NCBI GenBank assembly: GCA_013288345.1 | Contig: JABDCA010000004.1 | Location: 67,577-131,576, forward strand | Length of the DNA stretch: 64,000 bases | Origin: Bacteroidota bacterium | GTDB lineage: Bacteria; Bacteroidota; Bacteroidia; JABEUT01 | Direction: 5' to 3' | In this document: positions 47,387 through 56,558 of the stretch, piece after piece | How positions within the stretch are numbered: position 1 is the first letter of the stretch | Layout: each line of letters opens with the position of its first letter | Translations under genes and position numbers: made by a program | The notes under the pieces: generated by a model | Database searches by the model: none | The model's input: only the letters and a program-made list of their open reading frames with translations | What the model was told of the DNA's origin: nothing

Positions 47387-47511
47387 TCTATTCAGACAAA
47401 TATATCTAATTTGATACTAAGTACTTGATAAGCAACAATCCATCAAAAGCAAATGAATTTTCCGTTGTACAAACAATTTGGCGCATAAATAGGAAGTAGT
47501 ATATTTATAGA

Positions 47512-48549
47512 ATGAATCTCAAAAGGCTAACAGTACTAAAATCTGTAATTCTTGTTTTGACATGCCTTACCATTTGTGGCTGTGGTACAGAGGAAGTATA
47601 TTTTAATGTAACCGAACCGGCTCCTGTGTCGATATCCTCTAACATAAAAAAGGTTGGTATAATTAACAGCAGTTTGGTATCTGATTCAAACGGAGTCCGA
47701 AAAAAAATCGACGATGCATTATCGGCAAAAGGGCCAAACCTCGATAAGGACTGCAGTAAAGAATGTATTCGTGGATTAAGAGATGGATTGATACAAGGTA
47801 ACACATTTCAGAATATCGTGTTTCTCGATTCAGTAAACATTAACAACAGTTTTCCGGGCGCTTTCCCATCTCCATTATCATGGGATAAAATTGAAGAAAT
47901 TTGCCAACGGAATAATGTGGATGCGCTTTTTGCATTGGAATTATTCCATACAGATAGCAGGATAAACATTGTACCCACCGGTTATACGAGTTCTGGGTTA
48001 CCGGCAATTGCAGGTAATGCAAGAATGGAGACAAACGTAAATGCGGGATGGAGAATATATGACCCGCAAAACAAGGTAATAGCAGATGAATATACGGCCA
48101 GGGAAGGATTAACTTTTACCGGTGGAATAAATCCTTTAGATATAGCATCAGCGTTGATGAATCATAAAGAAGCTGTTATGGGAGCTGGTTATCGCTTAGG
48201 GCAGTCTTATGCAGGCAGGGTACTTCCTTACACAATAAGGGTATGTCGTGAGTTTTACGTAACCGGAACTATGAATTTTAAAATAGCAAGACGGATGGCG
48301 AATGCAGGTGACTGGAATAATGTAGCAGACCTATGGACCAAAGAAACAACGAACCCAAAAACCAGGATAAGAGCAAGAGCATATTATGATATGGCTATTA
48401 TCAGCGAAATAAACGGCAATGTAGATGCCGCAATAGATTGGGCAAAAAAAGCTTATGAAACGGGGGGCAAGCGCATGGCATTATTTTATTTAAATAAATT
48501 ACAGGACAGGAAAGCGCAGAATGACCTATTGAAAGCTCAAGGTCATTAA
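47512..48549 (+). CDS. lipoprotein of unknown function with C-terminal TPR-like segment
   Basis: Lipobox LTICGCG. C-terminal ARAYYDMAIISEINGNVDAAIDWAKKAYE. Confidence 0.5.
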   Translation: MNLKRLTVLKSVILVLTCLTICGCGTEEVYFNVTEPAPVSISSNIKKVGIINSSLVSDSNGVRKKIDDALSAKGPNLDKDCSKECIRGLRDGLIQGNTFQNIVFLDSVNINNSFPGAFPSPLSWDKIEEICQRNNVDALFALELFHTDSRINIVPTGYTSSGLPAIAGNARMETNVNAGWRIYDPQNKVIADEYTAREGLTFTGGINPLDIASALMNHKEAVMGAGYRLGQSYAGRVLPYTIRVCREFYVTGTMNFKIARRMANAGDWNNVADLWTKETTNPKTRIRARAYYDMAIISEINGNVDAAIDWAKKAYETGGKRMALFYLNKLQDRKAQNDLLKAQGH

Positions 48550-48625
48550 TAATTAAAGCTTCAACAGACGCTTTTAGTTTCCTGTCTTTTACTATTTTTA
48601 TTAATTACAATACTACTTCGCCCTC

Positions 48626-49699
48626 ATGAGAATTTCTATTATTCTGTTTTTTAGTTTTCTCTGCATGGTTAGTTGCAACAATACCGGCGACTCTACGGAC
48701 AAGGCAAAAGTCGACCATGTATACGATAGCGGCTTTACTAATAGAACTGAAGCCAGGAACATGATGGCGAGCGATGCCAAAGTAGGTAAATGGATAGAGT
48801 ACGCTGACAAAGATGGCGATGAAACAGATTCTGCCAATGCAACTAATTATGCCCTTGTTATTTATAGATCCGGGGTTCCTGTAGGGTTAAAACGGGTTTT
48901 CTATATAAGCGGCAAACCATTCGAAGCAGTTATGTATGACAACGGCAAACCAATTGGTATTGTTAAGTATTATTACGAAAGCGGGGAATTACATGGAATA
49001 ATTCCTTATACCGATGGCAAAGAAAATGGCACTGAAAAACGATATTACAAGAACGGCCAATTAATGTACGAAGAGACCTTTATTAATGGCTTGGAAAACG
49101 GCGCCTATAAAGACTATTATGAAAGCGGCAAATTAAGACTTGAGGCTACCTATAAGGATGGCAAACAGAATGGAACAGAAAAAAAATATTATGAAAGCGG
49201 CAAACTAATGAAAGAGAGTAATTATGAGGCAGGAAAAGAAACCGGGGCTGAGATATATTACGCTGAGAATGGCGAAAAATACAATGGAATAAAAAAAGAA
49301 TACTATGATAGCGGAGAACTAAATGCGGTGTTTAGTTGCGTTAATGGCAAAATAAATGGCATAAAAAAAGGTTATTACACAAGTGGTCAACTTACTGATG
49401 AATGTAATTATACCGATGGCTTGAAGAATGGGCTTTGGAAATGGTATTACAAAAGCGGAACGATGATGGGCCAGTGCCCATATAGCCAAGGGAAGGAAAA
49501 TGGGGTAAAGAAACTTTATTGGAAAGATGGAATGCTTGAAAGCGAAACCCCATACATTAATGGCAAGAAAAATGGAATAGTTAAAGTGTACTTTAATGTT
49601 CCGGGTGAAAGAATGAGGCGAGGAGAGACGCCTTATGCAGATGATACCATAAGCGGCAAACAAAGCGTATTCGATTCAACTGGAACACAGATCGATTAG
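48626..49699 (+). CDS. MORN-variant (YwqK-like) repeat lipoprotein
   Basis: Lipobox CMVSCNN. About 11 repeats of YYxxGxLxxExxYxxGKxNG. Confidence 0.7.
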   Translation: MRISIILFFSFLCMVSCNNTGDSTDKAKVDHVYDSGFTNRTEARNMMASDAKVGKWIEYADKDGDETDSANATNYALVIYRSGVPVGLKRVFYISGKPFEAVMYDNGKPIGIVKYYYESGELHGIIPYTDGKENGTEKRYYKNGQLMYEETFINGLENGAYKDYYESGKLRLEATYKDGKQNGTEKKYYESGKLMKESNYEAGKETGAEIYYAENGEKYNGIKKEYYDSGELNAVFSCVNGKINGIKKGYYTSGQLTDECNYTDGLKNGLWKWYYKSGTMMGQCPYSQGKENGVKKLYWKDGMLESETPYINGKKNGIVKVYFNVPGERMRRGETPYADDTISGKQSVFDSTGTQID

Positions 49700-49750
49700 A
49701 GAACCTCTCAATTCACTTATAACTATCGCTATTTAAAACCTAATGCGTTA

Positions 49751-50956
49751 CTATATTCTTACACCCATTATACAAATATCATCTGTCTGTTCTTCACTTT
49801 GCAGCCAATCGAAAAGTGTTCTCTGAATAATATGTTCGTGATCCTGAAACTCTTCATTGCTCAATGACAAAAGTAACTCATTAAGCCGCTTCGAACTGAA
49901 TTTTTTCCCTTTCTCACCACCAAACTGATCCTGGTATCCATCAGTAGACAAATAAATAGTATCGTTCTTTTTCAGTGGGAATATAGTTGATTCAAAGGCC
50001 TTATCGGGCACAGCACTTCCTATATAATACTTATCAGTTTTCAATTGGTGTATTTCCTGGTCGCGAACAATAAATACAGTGCTATTGGCTCCTGAAACTG
50101 TAAGCGTCATTCTCTTTTTATCAATTTCGCAAATGGCAATATCCATGCTATCATTAATTACTTTACCTTTTGACTTATGGCTGAATTTTCTGTCAATGTC
50201 TTCATCAAGAAACTTCAAAAGCAGATGAGGAGAATGTATCTTTTGAAAGTTAAATGCTGAATGAAGCGTATTTAGCGCCATCATAGTAATCAATGCGCCT
50301 GGTATTCCATGCCCAGTACCATCTCCAACGCAAACATATGCCTTTTCTCCAAAATCTTTAAACCAATAAAAATCACCGGATACTATCTGCTTGGGCAAGT
50401 AGAAAACAAAAGATTGCGGCAGAAACTCTTTTAATTCTTCTACTTCCTGCAGAAGTGCACTTTGCACACTTTTTGCATAGCGCATACTCTCCAAAATTTC
50501 TCTTTTAAATCGCTCAGTCGCTTCTTGTGCCAATTTCAGTTCTTCAAACGACCTGCTTAATTCACGATTAAGGGTTTCAATTTTTTTCTTATTTATTACA
50601 TTTTCTATGGATGAAGGCAGCCGGAGGAGATTTTCTTTTAAAATATAATCATCAATCCCTTCCTTCATGTATTCGGTTAGCAGTTTTTCAGATATGGTAC
50701 CTGTAGTTAAAATAAATGGTATATCCTTATTTTCTTTTTTCAAAATATGAAAAGCATCAATACCATTAAACGCAGGTAATGAATGGTCTGAAATTATTAA
50801 ATCAGGCCTGAAGTCTTTAAGTGCTTTTATATAATCTTCCTTTAACCAAACCCTCTCAAAGCTAAACCTTATATTCTCGTTCTTCAGGTATCTTACAAGT
50901 AAATCAGCATCAGCATCTAAATCTTCGACAATTAATATTTTAAGACTATTCTCCAT
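49751..50956 (-). CDS. response-regulator receiver fused to PP2C/SpoIIE-type phosphatase
   Basis: REC domain (ILIVEDLDADADLL...DLIISDHSLP), a coiled linker, and PP2C motifs SGDFYWF and VGDGTGHGIPGAL. Confidence 0.85.
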   Translation of the reverse strand: MENSLKILIVEDLDADADLLVRYLKNENIRFSFERVWLKEDYIKALKDFRPDLIISDHSLPAFNGIDAFHILKKENKDIPFILTTGTISEKLLTEYMKEGIDDYILKENLLRLPSSIENVINKKKIETLNRELSRSFEELKLAQEATERFKREILESMRYAKSVQSALLQEVEELKEFLPQSFVFYLPKQIVSGDFYWFKDFGEKAYVCVGDGTGHGIPGALITMMALNTLHSAFNFQKIHSPHLLLKFLDEDIDRKFSHKSKGKVINDSMDIAICEIDKKRMTLTVSGANSTVFIVRDQEIHQLKTDKYYIGSAVPDKAFESTIFPLKKNDTIYLSTDGYQDQFGGEKGKKFSSKRLNELLLSLSNEEFQDHEHIIQRTLFDWLQSEEQTDDICIMGVRI

Positions 50957-51395
50957 TCAGCTCTTAATTTAACACCATTATACTTTTTGCAAAGCGTTTA
51001 ATTCCCTGCAAAACATAATTACTTTATTTCTTATAATAATACGATTACAGGTCAAAAATGTTTCTAAACAAAACACATTAAATTTTCCTCATGTTATGAG
51101 CCTGTAGTGATAGAATATTGCAATTCCATCCTCATCCATGACTTTTACTTATTCCCTTCGGAACACAACAAATATAGAGATAATCGGCATAAATAGCAAA
51201 ATCAGCGTATGCTTTAAATGCATGGTTTCACTAGATTCATTTCACAAACAAACTGAAAATGAAGTTATTGGCATTACCCTAAGCTGGTCAAGCCTGGGCG
51301 CGCTTAGGCCTTTTGGTGTAGCGAATGGTAAATCCTTATATTTGATTAAAAGGCTAAAAGAACTATGAACTTAGATAATATTTGTAATAATTGAT

Positions 51396-51563
51396 ATGTA
51401 TAAATATTCATTGTGGGTTTATTTAGTCTTTATTGTTGCAATGATAGCCCTCATATTCGGCGTAGATTTCCTTTTCTTCAAAGACCATTTTTGGGCACGG
51501 TTGCTCGTCAACATTGGGATTGTTTTGGTGTTCGCGGCATTTTACTTACGGTTCTTGAAATAA
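51396..51563 (+). CDS. possible 55-aa two-helix membrane peptide
   Basis: Below the track cutoff. MYKYSLWVYLVFIVAMIALIFGVDFLFFKDHFWARLLVNIGIVLVFAAFYLRFLK. Weakly supported by hydrophobic pattern only. Confidence 0.3.
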   Translation: MYKYSLWVYLVFIVAMIALIFGVDFLFFKDHFWARLLVNIGIVLVFAAFYLRFLK

Positions 51564-51718
51564 ATCCAAATCTTATCAAAAAGGTCTTTTAGTTTTCCCT
51601 GTTTTTTCAGAATTAAAATCTATGGCGTACCACAGGGCTATAGGTTTTGCAATGATTAAATCGGTTTTGCTTAATTTTACAATAATGAAATCAATAATTA
51701 AAAATCGTATCTTTAACT

Positions 51719-52234
51719 ATGCCTGAAAAATCTCCATCTCTATTGGTGCATATCCGTGACTGGCTTGCGTTGCCTTTTGTAGTAACAGTTATTATACCTT
51801 TTTTATTATATAAAATAGGCATCCATTTAATACAGATACCACCTGATCTGTTTAAAATAGGCGGAATTACTGTTTATACATTGGGCATAAGCATGCAACT
51901 ATATACTACTTCTCTATTTGGTCGATATGCACAAGGCACACTGGCACCATGGCAGCCCACACAGAAACTTGTAATACGCGGACCATACCGCTACTGCCGA
52001 AACCCTATGATAACTGGGGTATTAATGATGCTACTTGGTGAAGCCTTGTTTTTTAATGCTTTGGGCATTATGGTATGGGCCTGTATATTTTTTGCGATGA
52101 ACACAGCGTACTTTATTTTTAAAGAAGAACCATCCATGTTGGCGAGGTTCGGCGAAGCATATACTGAGTATAAAAAGCATGTACCAAGGTGGGTGCCTAG
52201 GATGAGACCATACAAAGCTGCAGAAAACCAATAA
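51719..52234 (+). CDS. isoprenylcysteine carboxyl methyltransferase (ICMT)-family membrane methyltransferase
   Basis: LVIRGPYRYCRNPM...EEP.L...FGE.Y..Y motif pattern. Confidence 0.75.
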   Translation: MPEKSPSLLVHIRDWLALPFVVTVIIPFLLYKIGIHLIQIPPDLFKIGGITVYTLGISMQLYTTSLFGRYAQGTLAPWQPTQKLVIRGPYRYCRNPMITGVLMMLLGEALFFNALGIMVWACIFFAMNTAYFIFKEEPSMLARFGEAYTEYKKHVPRWVPRMRPYKAAENQ

Positions 52235-52558
52235 ATATATAAGCAAGAGGAGTATGGGAAGAAACATCTGCGGTAAGCTGATCATACCTTTTCAGGAAAG
52301 AAAAAATTGAGACGAGTGTATAAGGCTTAAGACTTCAGAAAATAATCACTCCAACTAAGCTGTTTATAAGTATTTGCACAATTTGTTTAACACTATAAAT
52401 ATATAGCTTATATTTGCTCATTAATCACCGCCACCAAATTAATGTACATTCCAATTGAACGTCAAAATGCCACATTGTTTTCTGTTTTTCAGGCAGCAGA
52501 AAAAGATGCATATACCGCCAAAAACCGCCAGTTTCCGCCAATAATTAAATCGCCAAAG

Positions 52559-52655
52559 TCGGTTGACAAAATGCAATTTTTTTCCACACATTTATTATTG
52601 AAAATCAAAGGGTTGATGGTTGACAGAATGGCAAAAGTGTCAACCGTGTTCAGCG
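52559..52655 (+). repeat. 97-nt structured repeat R2, copy A
   Basis: 5' arm cggttgaca (52560..52568) pairs perfectly with tgtcaaccg (52638..52646). Internal arm copy ggttgaca at 52618..52625. Ends with tgttcagcg. Confidence 0.8.
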
Positions 52656-52804
52656 ACCTCACCCCAGCCCCTCTCCTTGCAAAAAGGCGAGGGGAATTGC
52701 ATGTCCGAAATCTCTGCGTAACTCTGCGGGTATTGCTCTGCGTTCTCTGCGGTAAAAATCCCATAAAAAAACGAAGAGAAAACAAGATGCATAAACCCTT
52801 GGAG

Positions 52805-52901
52805 ACGGGTTACAAAATGTCATTTTTTTTCGAATCAGTAACATTGATAATCAACAAGTTGATGGGTAACAAAACGCAAAAAGTGTAACCCGTGTTCAGC
52901 G
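52805..52901 (+). repeat. 97-nt structured repeat R2, copy B
   Basis: Colinear with copy A (71/97 identical by hand, no indels). Arms cgggttaca (52806..52814) and tgtaacccg (52884..52892) carry compensatory changes. Internal arm gggtaaca at 52864..52871. Confidence 0.8.
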
Positions 52902-53073
52902 GTTTTGGTATCTGTGAAAATCTGTGTAATCTGTGGTGAAAAATCGGAATAGAATTAAAAGTCCTCCCCCTTGCTCCGCCGCTAAAGCTATGGCGACACG
53001 CGGCCAGCGGGGGACAAAAACTTTGCGCCTTAGCGTCTTTGCGGTATAAAACCCTTAATCTCAACCTTATTAC

Positions 53074-53081
53074 TATCTTTG
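53074..53081 (+). promoter_or_regulatory. -7 promoter box (TAnnTTTG)
   Basis: TATCTTTG, 7 nt before the ATG at 53089. Confidence 0.45.
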
Positions 53082-53088
53082 TGCTTTG

Positions 53089-55146
53089 ATGAATTTTCTC
53101 TTCCCCTCTTTCCTTTACGCACTCTCCGCTTTAAGCATTCCCATAGCAATCCACCTTTTTAACTTTAGGAGATACAAAAAACTGTACTTCTCTAATGTCC
53201 GCTTTTTGCAGGAAGTAGTACAGGAATCACGCTCCAGGTCGAGGTTAAAGCACTGGCTGGTATTGCTTTGCCGCATGTTGGTAGTAGCTTTTATGGTATT
53301 TGCTTTTGCACAGCCATACATACCTAATAAACATGGCAGTGTAACAGCAGGTACCAAAGCAGTAAGCATTTTTATAGACAATTCGTTCAGTATGAATGCC
53401 GTAAACCAAAATGGAACATTGCTGGAAGATGCTAAGAGCAAAGCTGAACAGATAGCCCAATCGCTTAATGCAGCCGATAAGGTTCAGCTTATATCGCAAG
53501 ACTTTGATGAGGCGCAGGAACGCTGGCTGAATAAAGATGAGTTTCTGGAAGAGCTGAAAGGCTTGAAAACATCACCGTTTTCGCACTTATTACCCGAAAT
53601 AATGCAACGCCAGCAAGAGAACATATTGCATAGTGGGTGCCCGGTTAAAGAAGCCTTTATCATATCTGACTTTCAAAAATCAGTGTCCGATATATCGGGC
53701 TTTCATTCAAATAGCGACATAACAACCGACTTAATACCTGAAGTAGCAGAGACAAAGAATAATGTATCGGTAGATACCTGCTGGTTTACATCGCCTATAC
53801 ATATACCCGGCAAAGCAGAGCAACTAATGGTAAAGCTCAGCAACTACTCTACCGCACAGGTTACCAACGGCCCGATCAAACTCTTACTTAACGGAGAAGA
53901 AAAAGCAGTGGGCAGCTATAATATAGATGCAATGGGTTCTACTACCCTATCTATGTCGTTCATACCTGACAAAAAGAAGATACAGCAAGGAGAATTGAAA
54001 ATAAATGATTACCCGATAAACTTCGATGATAAGCTATACTTCTCCTTCAGGCTTTCATCGAGCATACCTATACTCTGGCTGCACCCCGATAGCACCAGGA
54101 AGAATGCTTACCTGAACTCACTTTATAAAAACGATTCATTATTCTCTTTCAGTGAAACTATTGCAAGCCACCTCGACTACTCTACCCTACCCAACTACAG
54201 GCTAATTATCCTCGATAACATTGGTTCTATAACATCGGGCATGGGCAATGAGCTTGGCAAATATGTATCACTCGGTGGCAACATACTGGTAATACCACCT
54301 GCATCTGGAATTGATTTCAACGCCTACAAAGAATTCCTGAACAGCGTAAACTGCTCTTATTACGAAAGGCTAGACACCACTCATTTAAAGGTTGACAAGC
54401 TTAATTACGAAAGCAATATTTACACAGGAGTATTTGAAAAGAAGCAACACCCCAATATGGATCTGCCCGCTGTGAGTAAGCATTACACCATATCGCACAA
54501 TACAAAGTCGCTTTCGGAAAACCTTATGAAACTCGAAAATGGTGATGACTTTTTGGATGAATACCATTACAACAAGGGCAATATTTACCTGCTATCGGTA
54601 GCCATGAATAACAGCTTCAGCAACTTTCAGCAACATGCCATATTTGTGCCCACTATGTATAACATAGGCTTGTACAGCAACAGTAACCCTCAACTATACT
54701 ATATGCTTGGCGATGTGCAACCCATTGAAGCGCCCAATATAAACCTGGCTCAAAATGTATTCTTTAAAATACAAAGCGCTAAGGACACCTTATCGGTATT
54801 ACCTGAAAGGCGCATTATAAACGATAATGTATTTCTCTTTTTACACAGCCAGTTATCTCAGGCGGGCAACTTTAACCTTATGGCCGGCGACAGCCTTGTA
54901 TCAGGCATTTCGTTCAACTATAACCGTCGCGAATCGGACCTGCGATGCTTAGCTGTTGCTGATATTGAAGCGACCTACTCAAAAGCAGGGGTTAAGAATT
55001 TTTCGGTAATGGCTGTTACCAATGCTTCACTGCCAGCACTACTTACCGAAGTAAACCGCGGAAAATACTACTGGAAATACTGCATACTGCTTGCTTTACT
55101 ATTTTTGGCAGCCGAAGAGGCACTTTTACGATTATGGAAAGATTAA
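53089..55146 (+). CDS. BatA-domain (aerotolerance-operon N-terminal double-TM) protein
   Basis: N-terminus MNFLFPSFLYALSALSIPIAIHLFNFRR, a large central domain and a C-terminal TM helix. Confidence 0.7.
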   Translation: MNFLFPSFLYALSALSIPIAIHLFNFRRYKKLYFSNVRFLQEVVQESRSRSRLKHWLVLLCRMLVVAFMVFAFAQPYIPNKHGSVTAGTKAVSIFIDNSFSMNAVNQNGTLLEDAKSKAEQIAQSLNAADKVQLISQDFDEAQERWLNKDEFLEELKGLKTSPFSHLLPEIMQRQQENILHSGCPVKEAFIISDFQKSVSDISGFHSNSDITTDLIPEVAETKNNVSVDTCWFTSPIHIPGKAEQLMVKLSNYSTAQVTNGPIKLLLNGEEKAVGSYNIDAMGSTTLSMSFIPDKKKIQQGELKINDYPINFDDKLYFSFRLSSSIPILWLHPDSTRKNAYLNSLYKNDSLFSFSETIASHLDYSTLPNYRLIILDNIGSITSGMGNELGKYVSLGGNILVIPPASGIDFNAYKEFLNSVNCSYYERLDTTHLKVDKLNYESNIYTGVFEKKQHPNMDLPAVSKHYTISHNTKSLSENLMKLENGDDFLDEYHYNKGNIYLLSVAMNNSFSNFQQHAIFVPTMYNIGLYSNSNPQLYYMLGDVQPIEAPNINLAQNVFFKIQSAKDTLSVLPERRIINDNVFLFLHSQLSQAGNFNLMAGDSLVSGISFNYNRRESDLRCLAVADIEATYSKAGVKNFSVMAVTNASLPALLTEVNRGKYYWKYCILLALLFLAAEEALLRLWKD

Positions 55147-55164
55147 CTACATAATACACTAACT

Positions 55165-56433
55165 ATGAACCTGCTTGTACAATCAGCAAAGATCGTCGAC
55201 CCTGCATCGCCACACCATGGCAAGACTCAGGATATTTTGATAGAGAATGGCAAGATTACCGAGATAAAGAAAAACATACCGGCAGGTGGAATAAAGAAAG
55301 TAGTAAATGCTAACGACCTACATGCATCACCAGGATGGTTTGACATGCAGGCTAACTTTTGCGACCCCGGCTACGAACATAAAGAAAGTATTACAACAGG
55401 CATACAAGCTGCCATTAAAGGCGGTTTTACCGGTGTAGCGGTTATGCCATCTACCAACCCGGCAGTATATTCAAAATCGCAGGTGGAATATATTATAGGC
55501 AAAGCTAAAGGACAACTAGTAGATGTATACCCTGTAGGTGCCATATCTTACAAGCTAGAAGGCAATGACCTTGCAGAGATGTACGACATGAAAATGTCGG
55601 GAGCGGTAGCTTTTTCTGACGACGTACACCCGGTTATGAATGCAGGCTTGATGCACAGGGCCTTACTTTATGCAAAAAGTTTCAACGGGCTTATTATGAG
55701 CCGCTGCAACGACAAAACATTATCGACAGGAAGTGATGTGAACGAAGGCAAATCGAGCGTATCTATCGGCATTAAAGGAGAACCGAGAATTGCAGAAGAA
55801 ATAATGCTGATACGCGATCTGTTCCTGGCACAACATACCGATGCACGGATACATATCAATTCCATATCGGTAGCCGGGAGTATATCACTCATAAAAAGTG
55901 CACGCAAGCAAGGCCTTATTGTAACAGTATCAGTAAACGGATACAACCTTTGTCTGGATGACTCAGAAATATTAGGTTTCGATTCGAACTACAAAGTAAG
56001 CCCGCCACTACGTGGGAAAGAAGATATAAAGGCGCTTAAGAAAGCCCTTGCTGAAGGGGTTATAGATGTAATATGTTCTGACCACAGGCCTGAAGATGAA
56101 GAAAGCAAAAAACTGGAATTTGACCTTGCTACACCCGGCATGCTGGGCATACAAACCCTATACCCAATAGTAAACATGCACAGTGAGCTTACTACAGAGC
56201 AGATAATTGAAAAGATAGCCATAAACCCAAGGAGGATACTAGGTCTGAAAGTACCAACTATAAAAGAAGGAGAAGATGCTAACCTAACCTTCTTTACGCC
56301 TAATGAAGAATGGGTATTTGAGGAGAAACACATAGCATCCATATCTAAGAACACCCCATTTATAGGCAGGAAAATGAAAGGCAAAGTAATTGGTGTTACA
56401 AACAACGATACTTACCGTTCAACCGACCTGTAA
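55165..56433 (+). CDS. dihydroorotase-like amidohydrolase, probably non-catalytic
   Basis: Class I DHOase-like over its full length (GGFTGVAVMPSTNP, AFSDD, SDHRP). However the HxH metal motif reads QAN (DMQANFCDPG) and further His ligands are replaced. Confidence 0.75.
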   Translation: MNLLVQSAKIVDPASPHHGKTQDILIENGKITEIKKNIPAGGIKKVVNANDLHASPGWFDMQANFCDPGYEHKESITTGIQAAIKGGFTGVAVMPSTNPAVYSKSQVEYIIGKAKGQLVDVYPVGAISYKLEGNDLAEMYDMKMSGAVAFSDDVHPVMNAGLMHRALLYAKSFNGLIMSRCNDKTLSTGSDVNEGKSSVSIGIKGEPRIAEEIMLIRDLFLAQHTDARIHINSISVAGSISLIKSARKQGLIVTVSVNGYNLCLDDSEILGFDSNYKVSPPLRGKEDIKALKKALAEGVIDVICSDHRPEDEESKKLEFDLATPGMLGIQTLYPIVNMHSELTTEQIIEKIAINPRRILGLKVPTIKEGEDANLTFFTPNEEWVFEEKHIASISKNTPFIGRKMKGKVIGVTNNDTYRSTDL

Positions 56434-56509
56434 AAGGCTTCAATTCACAGTGTTCATTACTATTGAATAATAAAGCGTAAAAAAGTTTCCAAAATTCAAA
56501 ATATTCCTA

Positions 56510-56517
56510 TACATTTG
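56510..56517 (+). promoter_or_regulatory. -7 promoter box (TAnnTTTG)
   Basis: TACATTTG, 41 nt upstream of the small ORF at 56559. Confidence 0.4.
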
Positions 56518-56558
56518 TCTAAATAAATACTGATTACGAATTATATAATATTACACTA

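Noticed and set aside
48626-49699. YwqK-like protein as the antitoxin of a toxin-antitoxin or polymorphic-toxin pair.
   Set aside because: It carries a lipoprotein signal peptide, is much longer than immunity proteins, and has no adjacent toxin-like gene. MORN-variant repeats are common in Bacteroidota lipoproteins.
52511-52590. Replication origin (phased short repeats plus a DnaA-box-like TTTTCCACA at 52580..52588).
   Set aside because: There is only one box matching TTWTNCACA, no cluster of boxes, no obvious AT-rich unwinding element and no dnaA or dnaN nearby.
52559-52901. R2 elements as integron attC sites.
   Set aside because: The length and imperfect-palindrome architecture are superficially attC-like. 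However the arms do not fit the RYYYAAC/GTTRRRY cores, no intI gene or cassette ORFs are present, and both copies lie in non-coding mosaic DNA.
52442-53064. Track ORFs 52442..52888, 52489..52785, 52659..52844 and 52810..53064 as real genes.
   Set aside because: They are translations of the repeat modules. Between the two R2 copies, 21 of the 23 in-ORF differences fall on codon positions 1 or 2 and only 2 on position 3, the opposite of purifying selection on a protein.
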